Source: an uncultured Clostridia bacterium (GTDB lineage: Bacteria > Bacillota > Clostridia > Oscillospirales > Acutalibacteraceae). From it: a stretch of 64,000 nt of DNA. Below, piece after piece: positions 38,333 through 47,688 of the stretch. The translations under genes were made by a program, and so were the position numbers. The stretch's first letter is position 1. Every line of letters starts with the position of its first letter. The stretch covers positions 7,889 to 71,888 of the forward strand of contig CALAEV010000016.1 of assembly GCA_937892525.1 (NCBI GenBank). The letters are read 5' to 3'. The notes beneath the pieces were generated by a model that searched no databases, was not told where the DNA came from, and saw only the letters and a program-made list of their open reading frames with translations.

Positions 38333-38363
38333 TCCCCTGCAGATTGCGGGGGATTTTCTGTTT
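38333..38363 (+). terminator. FMN riboswitch expression-platform terminator
   Basis: TCCCCTGCA-gat-TGCGGGGGA forms a 9-bp stem (one G-U pair), followed by TTTTCTGTTT. Confidence 0.7.
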
Positions 38364-38400
38364 GACGACTAATCAAAAAAATTGGGAGAGGGATATTTTT

Positions 38401-38991
38401 ATGTCAAACAAAAAAAATAAGAAGGTCTTTAATTTAACAGTTGTTGGTATTATGACTGCCATTGCTACAGTTATTTATATGGTTTTTCCTGAAGTGCCTA
38501 TTGTACCTGGTGTTGATTATATGAAGGTGGATTTTTCTGACTTCCCTGCAATTCTTACTGGTGTTATTTTTGGACCTGTTCAGGGAATACTTGTAGAGGT
38601 TTTCAAAAACATCATTCACCTTACAAGAACAACTACATTTGGCATTGGTGAAATTATGAATGTGGTAATCGGAAGCAGTATGATTCTTTCTATGTCACTT
38701 TCAGTTAAAGCGTTCAAAAAGATTTTTAAGTCAAACAAAATCAACTTAAAAATATATTTCATCTCATCTGCAATAACAATTATTATTGCAATTGTAACGG
38801 GATGGATTGCAAATCTTGTATTTACCCCTATTTTCTATAATATTATGGGTATTCCACTTGTTACAGAAACTTACCTTGCGGGTGTATGGGGTTCTACTAC
38901 ACTTAATTCAATCAAATCCGCTTTCAATATTTTACCATTTTTTCCAATATATTTTGCACTTGAAAAAGGTGTAAAAAAATACACAATATAG
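38401..38991 (+). CDS. ribU: ECF-type riboflavin transporter S component
   Basis: GGGAGAGGG precedes ATG 38401. About 5-6 TM helices. Sits directly behind an FMN riboswitch. The track ORF start (38311) translates the riboswitch terminator. Confidence 0.8.
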   Translation: MSNKKNKKVFNLTVVGIMTAIATVIYMVFPEVPIVPGVDYMKVDFSDFPAILTGVIFGPVQGILVEVFKNIIHLTRTTTFGIGEIMNVVIGSSMILSMSLSVKAFKKIFKSNKINLKIYFISSAITIIIAIVTGWIANLVFTPIFYNIMGIPLVTETYLAGVWGSTTLNSIKSAFNILPFFPIYFALEKGVKKYTI

Positions 38992-39019
38992 TTGACATTA
39001 CACGAATCTGTGGTAAAAT
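38992..39019 (+). promoter_or_regulatory. Sigma-A promoter for the SAM riboswitch-metK unit (TTGACA-16-TGgTAAAAT)
   Basis: TTGACA at 38992..38997, immediately after the ribU stop. TAAAAT at 39014..39019 with a TG extended -10. Confidence 0.55.
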
Positions 39020-39037
39020 ATATCTCAACTGAATATT

Positions 39038-39136
39038 TCCCTTATGCAGAGTGGTGGAGGGTCTGGCCCTGTGAAACCCGGCAACCTGCTTTTAAGCGTG
39101 GTGCTAATTCCTGCGGATTTTCCGAGATATAAGGTT
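39038..39136 (+). ncRNA. SAM-I riboswitch (S-box)
   Basis: CCUUAUGCAGAGUGGUGGAGGGUCUGGCCCUGUGAAACCCGGCAACC...GGUGCUAAUUCCUGCGG...GAUAUAAGG matches the S-box core. The P1 helix is CCUUAU/AUAAGG. It lies upstream of metK. Confidence 0.9.
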
Positions 39137-39146
39137 GTTATTTTAC

Positions 39147-39175
39147 GGCACCCTTATTGGGTGCCAATTTTTTTG
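39147..39175 (+). terminator. SAM riboswitch terminator
   Basis: GGCACCC-ttat-TGGGTGCC followed by a T-run. The 5' arm (CCCUUAU) can alternatively pair with the P1 3' strand, which is anti-terminator logic. Confidence 0.75.
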
Positions 39176-39187
39176 GAGGCTAATTTT

Positions 39188-40378
39188 ATGGCAAAATTCT
39201 TATTTACATCTGAATCAGTTACAGAGGGACATCCTGATAAAATCTGTGACAAGATTTCTGATGCTGTTCTTGACGCAATGCTCGCGCAAGACCCTATGTC
39301 ACGCGTTGCTTGTGAAACAACAGTTACAACAGGACAAGTTCTTGTTATGGGTGAAATTACATCAAAAGCACAGGTTAATATTCCTGAAATAGTTAGAAAT
39401 ACTATTCTTGAAATCGGTTATGACGACAGCGCAAAAGGCTTTGACGGTAACACTTGTGCAGTACTTGTAGCACTTGACAAGCAGTCATCTGACATTGCAC
39501 TTGGTGTTGACAACTCAATGGAAATCAAAGAAGGTAATGATGATTTCTATAACCTTAACGGTGCTGGTGACCAAGGCATGATGTTCGGCTTTGCTTGTGA
39601 CGAAACACCTGAACTTATGCCAATGCCAATTTCAATGGCAAACAAACTTGCAGTTCAACTTACAAAGGTTAGAAAAGACGGAACTCTCCCTTATCTTCGT
39701 GCTGACGGTAAAACTCAGGTTACTGTTGAATATGACGATGACAGAAATCCTGTAAGAATTGACGCGATTGTTGTTTCATCACAGCACAGTGCAGACGTTG
39801 AACTTGTGAAGATTCGCGAAGATGTTAAAAAATATGTAATCCAGCCAATTGTTCCTGCAAATCTTATTGATGAAAACACAAAAATTTTCGTAAACCCAAC
39901 GGGCAGATTTGTAATTGGTGGTCCTATGGGCGACTCTGGTCTTACAGGTCGTAAGATTATTGTTGATACATACGGTGGTTACTCACGTCACGGTGGCGGT
40001 GCTTTCTCAGGTAAAGACCCAACAAAAGTTGACCGTTCTGCTGCTTACGCTGCACGTTATGTTGCTAAAAACGTTGTTGCTGCTGGTCTTGCTAAAAAAT
40101 GTGAAATTCAGTTAGCTTATGCCATTGGTGTTGCGAAACCTGTTTCAGTAATGGTTGACACATTTGGCACAGGCGTTCTTAAGGATTCTGAACTTGGCGA
40201 CATTATCAACGAAGTGTTTGACCTTCGTCCTGCTGCTATTATTGATACGCTTAAACTTCGTAATCCTATTTACAAACAGCTTGCAGCTTATGGTCATGTT
40301 GGTAGAACTGACTGTGATGTAATGTGGGAAAAAACTGACAAAGTACAAATTTTGAAAGAAAAAGCAAAAATTAACTAA
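39188..40378 (+). CDS. metK: S-adenosylmethionine synthetase
   Basis: [31 protein letters not shown] and [16 protein letters not shown] motifs. GGAGG lies 8 nt before the ATG. Confidence 0.95.
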   Translation: MAKFLFTSESVTEGHPDKICDKISDAVLDAMLAQDPMSRVACETTVTTGQVLVMGEITSKAQVNIPEIVRNTILEIGYDDSAKGFDGNTCAVLVALDKQSSDIALGVDNSMEIKEGNDDFYNLNGAGDQGMMFGFACDETPELMPMPISMANKLAVQLTKVRKDGTLPYLRADGKTQVTVEYDDDRNPVRIDAIVVSSQHSADVELVKIREDVKKYVIQPIVPANLIDENTKIFVNPTGRFVIGGPMGDSGLTGRKIIVDTYGGYSRHGGGAFSGKDPTKVDRSAAYAARYVAKNVVAAGLAKKCEIQLAYAIGVAKPVSVMVDTFGTGVLKDSELGDIINEVFDLRPAAIIDTLKLRNPIYKQLAAYGHVGRTDCDVMWEKTDKVQILKEKAKIN

Positions 40379-40460
40379 TTAAAAAAATCGTATAAAGCAT
40401 TATAAATTACTCATAATATCAGTGCAGGTAAATACATGCTAATATTAAGGAGTGAATACA

Positions 40461-40673
40461 ATGCTTGACAGAATATCTTTAATTCTCGTTGTAATTGGTG
40501 CAATTAACTGGGGTGCAATCGGTTTATTCCAATTTGACCTTGTTGCTTGGCTCTTTGGTGGTCAATCAGCAATAATCAGTAGAATTGTTTACACATTAGT
40601 TGCACTTGCAGGTATCTGGTGCTTGTCACTTTTATTCCGTCACAACGAAATTTTAGTTAGCGATGAAGTATAA
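40461..40673 (+). CDS. DUF378 small membrane protein
   Basis: IGAINWGAIGLFQFDLVAWLFGG is the DUF378 signature. AAGGAG lies 7 nt before ATG 40461. Confidence 0.8.
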   Translation: MLDRISLILVVIGAINWGAIGLFQFDLVAWLFGGQSAIISRIVYTLVALAGIWCLSLLFRHNEILVSDEV

Positions 40674-40708
40674 AAGAAAATCCCTTGAAATAATCAAGGG
40701 ATTTTTTT
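40674..40708. terminator. Bidirectional terminator between DUF378 (+) and rqcH (-)
   Basis: TCCCTTGA-aataa-TCAAGGGA flanked by an A-run and T7. Confidence 0.7.
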
Positions 40709-42458
40709 ATTCATTAATTTTTAGTTTTTCTATTAATTCTTTCGTCGGTGTTACATAAACCGTATTATATGTGTTATAAATAACTTTACCCGGTTTTGCG
40801 CCAACGGGTTTCTTAACATTTTTTATAAGTGTATAATCAACTGCAACTGACGAGGAATCCTTTGCTTTACTATGATATGCAGCAATACAAGCTGCTTCAA
40901 AAATTGCAGTTTCGGTAATCTCTTTTTTGTCTGCAATAATTACAGTGTGTGAACCTGCGTGTTTTTGAACATGTAACCACATATCATAGTTTTTTGCAGT
41001 TTTAAGTGTAAGAATATCGTTTTGCACATTATTACGACCAACAAGTATTGTAAAACCATCACTTGATTTAAATTCGATTGGTGGTAAAGGCTTGTCTTTT
41101 TTAAGATTTTTATTCTTTCTTGACTTTACATATCCACCCTTTTCGAGCTCATCACGAATTTCGGTAATTTCACGGTCAGAATCAGCTCGAGATAAGTTAT
41201 CAAGTACAGTATCAAGATATATTAACTCCTGCTCACCTTCTTCAATTAGATTATGCAAAAGTTTTTCGGCATTTGTAGCCTTTTTGTATTCCTTAAAATA
41301 CTTCTGTGCATTTTGTTGTGCAGTTAAAGCAGGATTTACAGGAATATCCACAGTATTGCAATTATCATAATAGTTTTCAACGGTATAAACTGCTGATTTT
41401 TCTAACAATCTATACTGATTTGCAGTAATAAGTTCTGCAAAAATGCGCAACTGCTCACGATTTTCACTTTTTTCTAATTCAAGGCGTCGATTATTTATTT
41501 TTCTTGATGTACGCTCAACTGCGTTATTAAGAATCTTAAATAAATCTGACGCTTTTCTTTTTATACGATTTATTTTATCTTTTTCAAAGTAGAAATCATC
41601 AAGCAATTCAGAAATGGAGTCATATTCTTTTTTGATTAAAGCAGTTCCGTATTGCCTTATATCAGAAAATGAAAAATCAAATGGCACATTATCAACAGGT
41701 GAAAGCATAAAAAACTTGTTTCCAAAAATTTCACTTTTAACTGTTTCTATTTCTGATAATAAACGTTCTTTTTCAATATCAAGAATCAGACCAGTTTGTT
41801 TATCACCAAAAACTGTTCTGTATGCAATTTCACGGCTAACTATTGGTGATACACCTTCAAGTGTATCAAGTATTGCTTTTGAAAGCATTTTTTCTGACTT
41901 ATTAAGTATTGAGTCAACTATTTTTCCTGTATCATCTGTTAAAATGTCACATTTTTGAGGTATTGGTGGCAATTCATATTTAAGTCCCGGCAATATTTCA
42001 CGAACTGAAGATTTTTCTTCATCAATTCTTTTAACTGCATCAATTATTTTGTAATCAATATCGCAGAAAATTATATTGCTTCGTTGCCCCATAATTTCAC
42101 AAATTACATAATATTTAGTTTTATCGCCAATATCAGTTGTACCGTCAAACTCAAAAATAAGAATTCTATCATTTTGCACTTGTTTGATATTTGTTAGAGT
42201 TGCACCTGAAAGTCTTTTACGAAGTAACATACAAAGCATTGGTGGTACTTTTGGATTTTCAAGGTTATAACGAGTCATATGGACTCTTGGACTTTGACCA
42301 TCACAAGAAAGATATAGTCTGTAAGCACCATTTCGGGTACGCATAATAAACACCAACTCATTTTTTGATGGTTGATGCACTTTATCAATTTTAGAGCCTA
42401 TTAAATAACACTCAAGCTCTTTTTTTACTAACCCTAATGTAATTCCGTCTAACGCCAT
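40707..42458 (-). CDS. rqcH: NFACT-family ribosome quality control protein (FbpA/RqcH)
   Basis: MALDGITLGLVKKEL at the N-terminus, a central coiled coil, and a C-terminal NFACT-R region (FTILVGRNNVQND, WLHVQKHAGSH). Confidence 0.85.
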   Translation of the reverse strand: MALDGITLGLVKKELECYLIGSKIDKVHQPSKNELVFIMRTRNGAYRLYLSCDGQSPRVHMTRYNLENPKVPPMLCMLLRKRLSGATLTNIKQVQNDRILIFEFDGTTDIGDKTKYYVICEIMGQRSNIIFCDIDYKIIDAVKRIDEEKSSVREILPGLKYELPPIPQKCDILTDDTGKIVDSILNKSEKMLSKAILDTLEGVSPIVSREIAYRTVFGDKQTGLILDIEKERLLSEIETVKSEIFGNKFFMLSPVDNVPFDFSFSDIRQYGTALIKKEYDSISELLDDFYFEKDKINRIKRKASDLFKILNNAVERTSRKINNRRLELEKSENREQLRIFAELITANQYRLLEKSAVYTVENYYDNCNTVDIPVNPALTAQQNAQKYFKEYKKATNAEKLLHNLIEEGEQELIYLDTVLDNLSRADSDREITEIRDELEKGGYVKSRKNKNLKKDKPLPPIEFKSSDGFTILVGRNNVQNDILTLKTAKNYDMWLHVQKHAGSHTVIIADKKEITETAIFEAACIAAYHSKAKDSSSVAVDYTLIKNVKKPVGAKPGKVIYNTYNTVYVTPTKELIEKLKINE

Positions 42459-42466
42459 AAATCCTC

Positions 42467-43210
42467 TTAAATCGTAACAATTGGTGATTCTTGCATTGCT
42501 AATTCACAAGTAATGTTAAACTTATCTTTAATTTTATTCATAAGTGGCTCAATTGCAAGATTTTCTGTCTCAAAATGACCTGAATCAACTAAAACTATAC
42601 CCATTTCATCTGCATCTAAAAATGCGTGATGAGAAGCATCTCCTGTAAGAAGTGCATCACAGCCCAGTTCTTTTGCAAGTGTTAAATAATCACTACCTGA
42701 ACCACTACATACTGCAATGTTTTTAATATCTTTTGGAAGAAAGTTATATCTTACAACACCACCAAGCACATTTTTAATATGATTTACAAAGTTTTTTACT
42801 GATATTTCTTTTTCAAAACTACCAATATTAAGACAAGTATTTTCAACTTTAGTAAAATTTTTAAATCCAACAGTTTTGCAAAGAATATCATTAACCCCAT
42901 CAATTGCTTTATCATAATTTGTGTGGGCACATATTATGCTGATGTTGTTATTAATAAGTTTATAAGTCAAACTATCACTTAAAACATTTGCTACAGGTTT
43001 AAAAATAACAGGATGATGAGTAATTATTAAATCTGCACCATATTCGACTGCTTGATTTATAACATCAGTTGTAGCATCAAGTGCAAAAAGGATTTTATTA
43101 ACTTCAGCGTTTTCATTACCAACAAGAAGTCCTGAATTATCCCATTCTTCTTGTGTATTAAAAGGTGCGATTGAATCAATATAGTTATAAATTTCTTTTA
43201 CTGTTGCCAT
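42467..43210 (-). CDS. Nif3-like dinuclear metal centre protein
   Basis: WDNSGLLVG, ITHHPVIF, YTNYD-like (HTNYDKA) and GHFETE motifs. Overlaps the trmK stop. Confidence 0.85.
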   Translation of the reverse strand: MATVKEIYNYIDSIAPFNTQEEWDNSGLLVGNENAEVNKILFALDATTDVINQAVEYGADLIITHHPVIFKPVANVLSDSLTYKLINNNISIICAHTNYDKAIDGVNDILCKTVGFKNFTKVENTCLNIGSFEKEISVKNFVNHIKNVLGGVVRYNFLPKDIKNIAVCSGSGSDYLTLAKELGCDALLTGDASHHAFLDADEMGIVLVDSGHFETENLAIEPLMNKIKDKFNITCELAMQESPIVTI

Positions 43211-43866
43211 TTACTCAACTCCCCTACTATTTTTTCTAAATCTGCACATTCTACTTGTGCTTTTTGAAGTGCGACAAGTTTTTTGTTGTACTTTGTATAA
43301 ATCTTTACAAGATATTTATTTGATAAATCATCTTGATTTAAAGGTAATCTACCAACAATCAAGTCAAACTCAGTGTATGCAGTTGCATCGCCATAATAAT
43401 ATGTACTTATAATTATGTAAAGTTTATCTCCATCTTCTGCAACAACTTCATTATCAATAATGAATCCGTTATCAAAAAGTGTTTTTCGCAGTTCTTCAAT
43501 ATGAGTCATTGGTTGTAAAATCAAATGAATATCACTATTTTTAAGCCAATTTGTACGCTCAATAAATGATGATATAAGTAAACCACCCATACCAGCAACT
43601 GCAATTTCTTCTACTTCGTTTTCAATGAAATTGTCTAATCCATCAGAAAGACGAAGTTCTATTTTATGGGTTAAGTTATGTGAAACAACAGTTTCTTTGG
43701 CATTGTCAAGTGGACCGACACGCAAATCGGCAGCAATAGCACGATTTATAATGCCTTTTTCAACAAGATAAACAGGAAGATACGCGTGGTCTGTGCCGAT
43801 ATCTGCAAAGATTTTATCTTTTCGCACTAGATTGGCAATAGCAATAAGACGACTATCAAGTTTCAT
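43198..43866 (-). CDS. trmK: tRNA (adenine22-N1)-methyltransferase
   Basis: DIGTDHAYLPVYL and IAGMGG motifs. GAGGTGA precedes ATG 43866. Conserved trmK-nif3 pair. Confidence 0.85.
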   Translation of the reverse strand: MKLDSRLIAIANLVRKDKIFADIGTDHAYLPVYLVEKGIINRAIAADLRVGPLDNAKETVVSHNLTHKIELRLSDGLDNFIENEVEEIAVAGMGGLLISSFIERTNWLKNSDIHLILQPMTHIEELRKTLFDNGFIIDNEVVAEDGDKLYIIISTYYYGDATAYTEFDLIVGRLPLNQDDLSNKYLVKIYTKYNKKLVALQKAQVECADLEKIVGELSKWQQ

Positions 43867-43888
43867 ACAACTCACCTCTTTTGAACAA

Positions 43889-43921
43889 AATCCCCCTATA
43901 ATTTATAGGAGGATTTTTTAG
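43889..43921 (-). terminator. Terminator after the ileS-DUF1858 unit
   Basis: The minus strand reads AAAAAATCCTCCTATAAATTATAGGGGGATTTTGTT: an imperfect stem ATCCTCCTATA/TATAGGGGGAT followed by a T-rich tail. Confidence 0.5.
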
Positions 43922-43925
43922 TTAA

Positions 43926-44138
43926 TTATTTATTTGCGTTTTCTTTAAGAAAAGCATTGATACCTTCAACAAATTCGTCAGGGTCAACGCCGTGAACCAT
44001 ACATGCCTGTTCAACAGTTTCGCCACGTGCTGAAGGACAACCAAGACAATGCATACCAAGATTCAAGAAAAATGGTACTGTTTCTCTTGCATTATCAAGG
44101 ATTTCACCGATATTCATATCTTTTGTAACTTGAAACAT
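43926..44138 (-). CDS. DUF1858 / hybrid-cluster-protein-associated redox disulfide domain protein
   Basis: 70 aa with GMHCLGCPSARGETVEQA, the typical CxxC-containing core of this family. 3-nt gap after ileS. Confidence 0.7.
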   Translation of the reverse strand: MFQVTKDMNIGEILDNARETVPFFLNLGMHCLGCPSARGETVEQACMVHGVDPDEFVEGINAFLKENANK

Positions 44139-44141
44139 CTT

Positions 44142-47100
44142 TTATTCTCCTTTAACAACTGAAACTGAAATTTTCTTGTCATTTATTGTGAACTCACTTG
44201 TGTAATCTGCCTTGATTTCAGTATTGATTACGATTGAATCTGCAAGAAGTTCACCTGAAATGAATTCAAGTTTTTCAGTAAGAGCATTTACAATGAACTC
44301 ATCATCAACAATAATTGAAGCATTGATTCTTTGTTCAACCTGATAACCTGCATCTTTACGAGCAACCTGGCACTGACGGATAATATCACGAACAACGCCT
44401 TCTTTAAGAAGTTCGTCTGTAAGAACAATGTCAAGTGCTACAACGCTACCCTGAGCAAATTCTGCAGAAACAACACCTTCTTTAGTCTTTGACTGAACTG
44501 CAAAGATAGATGCGTCAAATTTTTCATCCCAACCTGGAACTGCAACCTCGCCACCTGCGATTACTGCTGATGTGAGCGCTTTCATTTCATCAGATGAAAG
44601 ACCTTCAAGTGTCTGTTTCATCTTATTAACATTCTGTTTGAGAACTGCACCTGCAACTTTGAAGTTAACTGTAAGATACTGGTCTTCAAGAACATTGATG
44701 TCATCAATATACTCAACTGATTTAATATTAAGCTCATCAAGAATATTTTTCTCAAATGTCTTGATTTTATCAGCCATATCTTTGTCACAGCAAACGAAAA
44801 GTTTTGAAAGTGGCTGACGAACTTTAATCTGCTGTTCGTTACGAAGTCTCATTGCAGTAGCAATTACATCACGAACAAGAGCTGTTTGTTCAATAATACC
44901 ATCATCTTCAATACCTGGGATTACTGATGGCCAATCGCTTAAGTGAACTGATTCTGCAACTGTGGAATCGCACTTTTTAATAAGCTTCTGCCAAATATGT
45001 TCTGTCATAAATGGTGTAATAGGAGCCATTGTCTGAACGCAAACTTTAAGAGCATTAAAGAGTGTCCAGTAAGCAACCATCTTATCAGCTTGGTCTTCTG
45101 TTTTCCAGAAACGACGACGGTTTGCACGGATGTACCAGTTAGAAATATCGTCAACAAATACTTCAAAATCTTTAACCATAGCAAAAGACTTATAATCATC
45201 CATATAAGCAGTTGCTTTTTTAATAAAGTCGTTTGTTCTAACAACAAGCCACTTATCCATTGGTGTTAACTTCGAGAAATCAACTTTATAATCTGCAAAG
45301 TTTGGTTTGTCAAGCTGTGCGTAGGTATCAAAGAATGTGAAGATATTCCAGAAACCAAGCATCTTTCTTCTTGCTTCGTCACCAAGGTTATAACCAAAAC
45401 GAACATCGTTTGTATTTGGCGCACTTGCATAAAGGTAACGAACAGTATCTGCACCAATCTTTTCTGCAGCCTCATCAAACTTAATCATAAAGCCTGTTTT
45501 TGAGAACTTAGAACCGTCTTCAGCAACAACCATACCGTTAGTAACAACCTTTTCATATGGTGCTTTACCAACAAGAACAGTACTCATAAAGAGCATTGAG
45601 TAGAACCAAAGACGAACCTGTTCGTGCATTTCTGTAACCCATTCTGCAGGGAAGTTCTTTTCCCAAGCTTCACGGTCTGTAAAGTAACCAAGTGTTGAGA
45701 ATGGAACAATACCAGCATCAAGCCAAACGTCACCGATATCAGAAACACGAGATACTTCTTTTCCACAATGTGGACATTTAATTTTAACTTCATCAACCCA
45801 AGGTCTGTGAAGTTCAGGAAGAGCATCGACCTGTGCTGGGTCAACTGCATTTTCACGAAGTTCTGCTTTTGAGCCAATAACAGTGATATGGCCACAGCTA
45901 CATGGATAGAATGGAAGTGGCATACCATAGTAACGCTTACGAGAGATGTTCCAGTCACCCATATTTGTAAGCCAGTCATTCATACGCTTACCATTTGAAG
46001 CTGGTTCCCATTTAACTGAATTTGCACATTCAATAAGTTTAGGTTTAATTTCACTTGTCTTGATGTACCATGCAGGAACAAGACGGAAAACGATTTCGCT
46101 CTTACATCTCCAGCAAACTGGGTAGCTATGTTCGTGTGGTTCAACTTTATAAAGTTTGTTCTGTTCATCGAGTTTTTCGAAAACTTCGTCAGCTATTGTG
46201 TGGCTGTCTTTACCTGTCATAAAGCCAAAGCCATCAAGGTAAATACCCATATCGTCAATAGGCATAACTTTTGGAAGACCAAGTCTTTCACCAAGTTCAA
46301 AGTCTTCAATACCACAACCAGGAGCAATATGAACAACGCCTGTACCTTCGTCAGCTGCAACATCTTCCCAAGCTACGATTTTATGCTCAAAGCCCTGTTG
46401 TGCAGGAATATCTGCAAAACAAGTTTCATAATGATACCCTACAAGTTCTTCGCCTTTAAGAGCACGAATTACTTCAAGTTTATCATCGCCAAGATACTTA
46501 ATAGCGTTCTTAGCAAGAATGAGTGTTTGGTCATCACTCTTGATTTTAACTTCAACATAGTCAATGTCAGGATTAACAGCCAAAGCTACGTTTGAAGACA
46601 ATGTCCAAGGAGTAGTTGTCCAAACAAGAATTTTTGAGTTCATTTCTTCAATAGGAAGTTTGAAGAAAACTGAGTTGTGTGTCATCATCTTATATGAGCC
46701 TGTCATTTCATGCTCTGAAAGTGATGTACCACAACGAGGACACCAAGGCATTGGCTTGTATTCACGCTGAATCCAGCCGTGATTATCACATTCCTTTAAG
46801 AAATGCCAAATACCCTGAATGTTAAGGTCTGTATTTGTGTAGTATGAATTATCCCAATCCATCCACATACCAAGTCTTTTTGACTGTTCAGTAATTATGC
46901 CTGAGAAGTGATTAACACGTTCAACACACTGACGTGTAAACTTGTCCATACCATAATTTTCAATGTCTTTCTTTGTTTTGAAACCAAGTTGTTTTTCAAC
47001 TTCAACTTCAACCCAAAGTCCCTGTGAGTCAAAACCGTTCTGACGACGGCAATCGTAACCACGCATTGATTTGTAACGGATAAAAGTATCTTTTGTACTT

Positions 47101-47288
47101 CTGCCCCAAGCGTGATGAATACCCATAGGGTTGTTAGCAGTAATAGGACCGTCAAGGAAACGGAACATTTTCTTGCCCTTGTTTTTCTCTACAAGTTTGT
47201 CATAATACTTCTCTTGTTCCCAGAGCTCCATAACCTCATGCTCAAGGTCAACAAAGAGATTTTTCTCGTCTGCCACTATATTGTCCAC
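44142..47288 (-). CDS. ileS: Isoleucyl-tRNA synthetase, type 2 (long eukaryote-like form)
   Basis: 1048 aa. HIGH-type motif (PMGIHHAW), KMSKS-type motif (KFSKTG), and a type-2 N-terminus (...LWEQEKYYDKL...FRFLDGPITANN). The start is GTG 47288 or GTG 47276; the latter has AGGTGG 8 nt upstream. Confidence 0.92.
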   Translation of the reverse strand: MDNIVADEKNLFVDLEHEVMELWEQEKYYDKLVEKNKGKKMFRFLDGPITANNPMGIHHAWGRSTKDTFIRYKSMRGYDCRRQNGFDSQGLWVEVEVEKQLGFKTKKDIENYGMDKFTRQCVERVNHFSGIITEQSKRLGMWMDWDNSYYTNTDLNIQGIWHFLKECDNHGWIQREYKPMPWCPRCGTSLSEHEMTGSYKMMTHNSVFFKLPIEEMNSKILVWTTTPWTLSSNVALAVNPDIDYVEVKIKSDDQTLILAKNAIKYLGDDKLEVIRALKGEELVGYHYETCFADIPAQQGFEHKIVAWEDVAADEGTGVVHIAPGCGIEDFELGERLGLPKVMPIDDMGIYLDGFGFMTGKDSHTIADEVFEKLDEQNKLYKVEPHEHSYPVCWRCKSEIVFRLVPAWYIKTSEIKPKLIECANSVKWEPASNGKRMNDWLTNMGDWNISRKRYYGMPLPFYPCSCGHITVIGSKAELRENAVDPAQVDALPELHRPWVDEVKIKCPHCGKEVSRVSDIGDVWLDAGIVPFSTLGYFTDREAWEKNFPAEWVTEMHEQVRLWFYSMLFMSTVLVGKAPYEKVVTNGMVVAEDGSKFSKTGFMIKFDEAAEKIGADTVRYLYASAPNTNDVRFGYNLGDEARRKMLGFWNIFTFFDTYAQLDKPNFADYKVDFSKLTPMDKWLVVRTNDFIKKATAYMDDYKSFAMVKDFEVFVDDISNWYIRANRRRFWKTEDQADKMVAYWTLFNALKVCVQTMAPITPFMTEHIWQKLIKKCDSTVAESVHLSDWPSVIPGIEDDGIIEQTALVRDVIATAMRLRNEQQIKVRQPLSKLFVCCDKDMADKIKTFEKNILDELNIKSVEYIDDINVLEDQYLTVNFKVAGAVLKQNVNKMKQTLEGLSSDEMKALTSAVIAGGEVAVPGWDEKFDASIFAVQSKTKEGVVSAEFAQGSVVALDIVLTDELLKEGVVRDIIRQCQVARKDAGYQVEQRINASIIVDDEFIVNALTEKLEFISGELLADSIVINTEIKADYTSEFTINDKKISVSVVKGE

Positions 47289-47325
47289 CTTTCAAGTGAT
47301 ATATGTACATATTTTAACGAATAAT

Positions 47326-47353
47326 ATTATACACTAATAAAGTCAAATTTCAA
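47326..47353 (-). promoter_or_regulatory. Sigma-A type promoter in the 94-nt spoIIID-ileS spacer (TTGAAA-16-TATAAT)
   Basis: Minus strand: TTGAAA at 47353..47348, a 16-nt spacer, TATAAT at 47331..47326. Confidence 0.45.
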
Positions 47354-47382
47354 GTGATTTACAGAAAAATCTCTATATTATT

Positions 47383-47634
47383 TCATTTTTGATTAAGGTA
47401 TTTTTCTTTTGTTGCAAGTCCACCTCTTATATGTCTTTCTGCCTTATTGATTTCAAGGACTTTTTTAACCTGTGAATAGAGTTGTGGGTCATAGCGAGCA
47501 AGTCGCTGCGCAACATCCATATGTACGGTGCTTTTACTTATTCCAAACACTTTTGCAGTGGCACGTACAGTTGATTTATTCTTGACTATATATTCCCCTA
47601 ACATGGCTGCTCTTTCTTCAACTAAAATACTCAA
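47383..47634 (-). CDS. spoIIID: Stage III sporulation transcription factor D
   Basis: VRATAKVFGISKSTVHMDV (HTH) and INKAERHIRGGLATKEKY are near-identical to the conserved SpoIIID motifs. TTG start with AGGAGGG 8 nt upstream. Confidence 0.9.
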   Translation of the reverse strand: MSILVEERAAMLGEYIVKNKSTVRATAKVFGISKSTVHMDVAQRLARYDPQLYSQVKKVLEINKAERHIRGGLATKEKYLNQK

Positions 47635-47660
47635 AACTAAAGCCCTCCTTTGTTCATAAA

Positions 47661-47688
47661 TAAATATGATTAAAGAAGGGCGAATATT
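47661..47688 (-). promoter_or_regulatory. Candidate sigma-E-type promoter for spoIIID (GAATATT, about 14 nt, CATATTTA)
   Basis: Resembles the mother-cell sigma-E consensus (ATATT-type -35, CATAcanT-type -10). It lies only 4 nt after the stop of the upstream MerR-like gene. Confidence 0.3.

Noticed and set aside
38401-38425. A8 homopolymer at codons 3-6 of ribU as a phase-variation tract
   Set aside because: A-runs of this length are common in lysine-rich N-termini of AT-rich genomes. There is no evidence of variability from a single sequence.
39044-39187. N-terminal extensions in the ORF track: metK 39044.., ribU 38311.., manA 35932.., oadA 55214.., rsgA to 5040, MerR-like to 49062
   Set aside because: The extensions translate riboswitch or leader sequence, or overlap the upstream gene. 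In each case an internal ATG with a proper Shine-Dalgarno coincides with the conserved N-terminus of the family.
47289-47382. T-box leader upstream of ileS
   Set aside because: The spacer is only 94 nt. I found no specifier-loop architecture, no T-box 14-mer-like sequence and no terminator/antiterminator pair.
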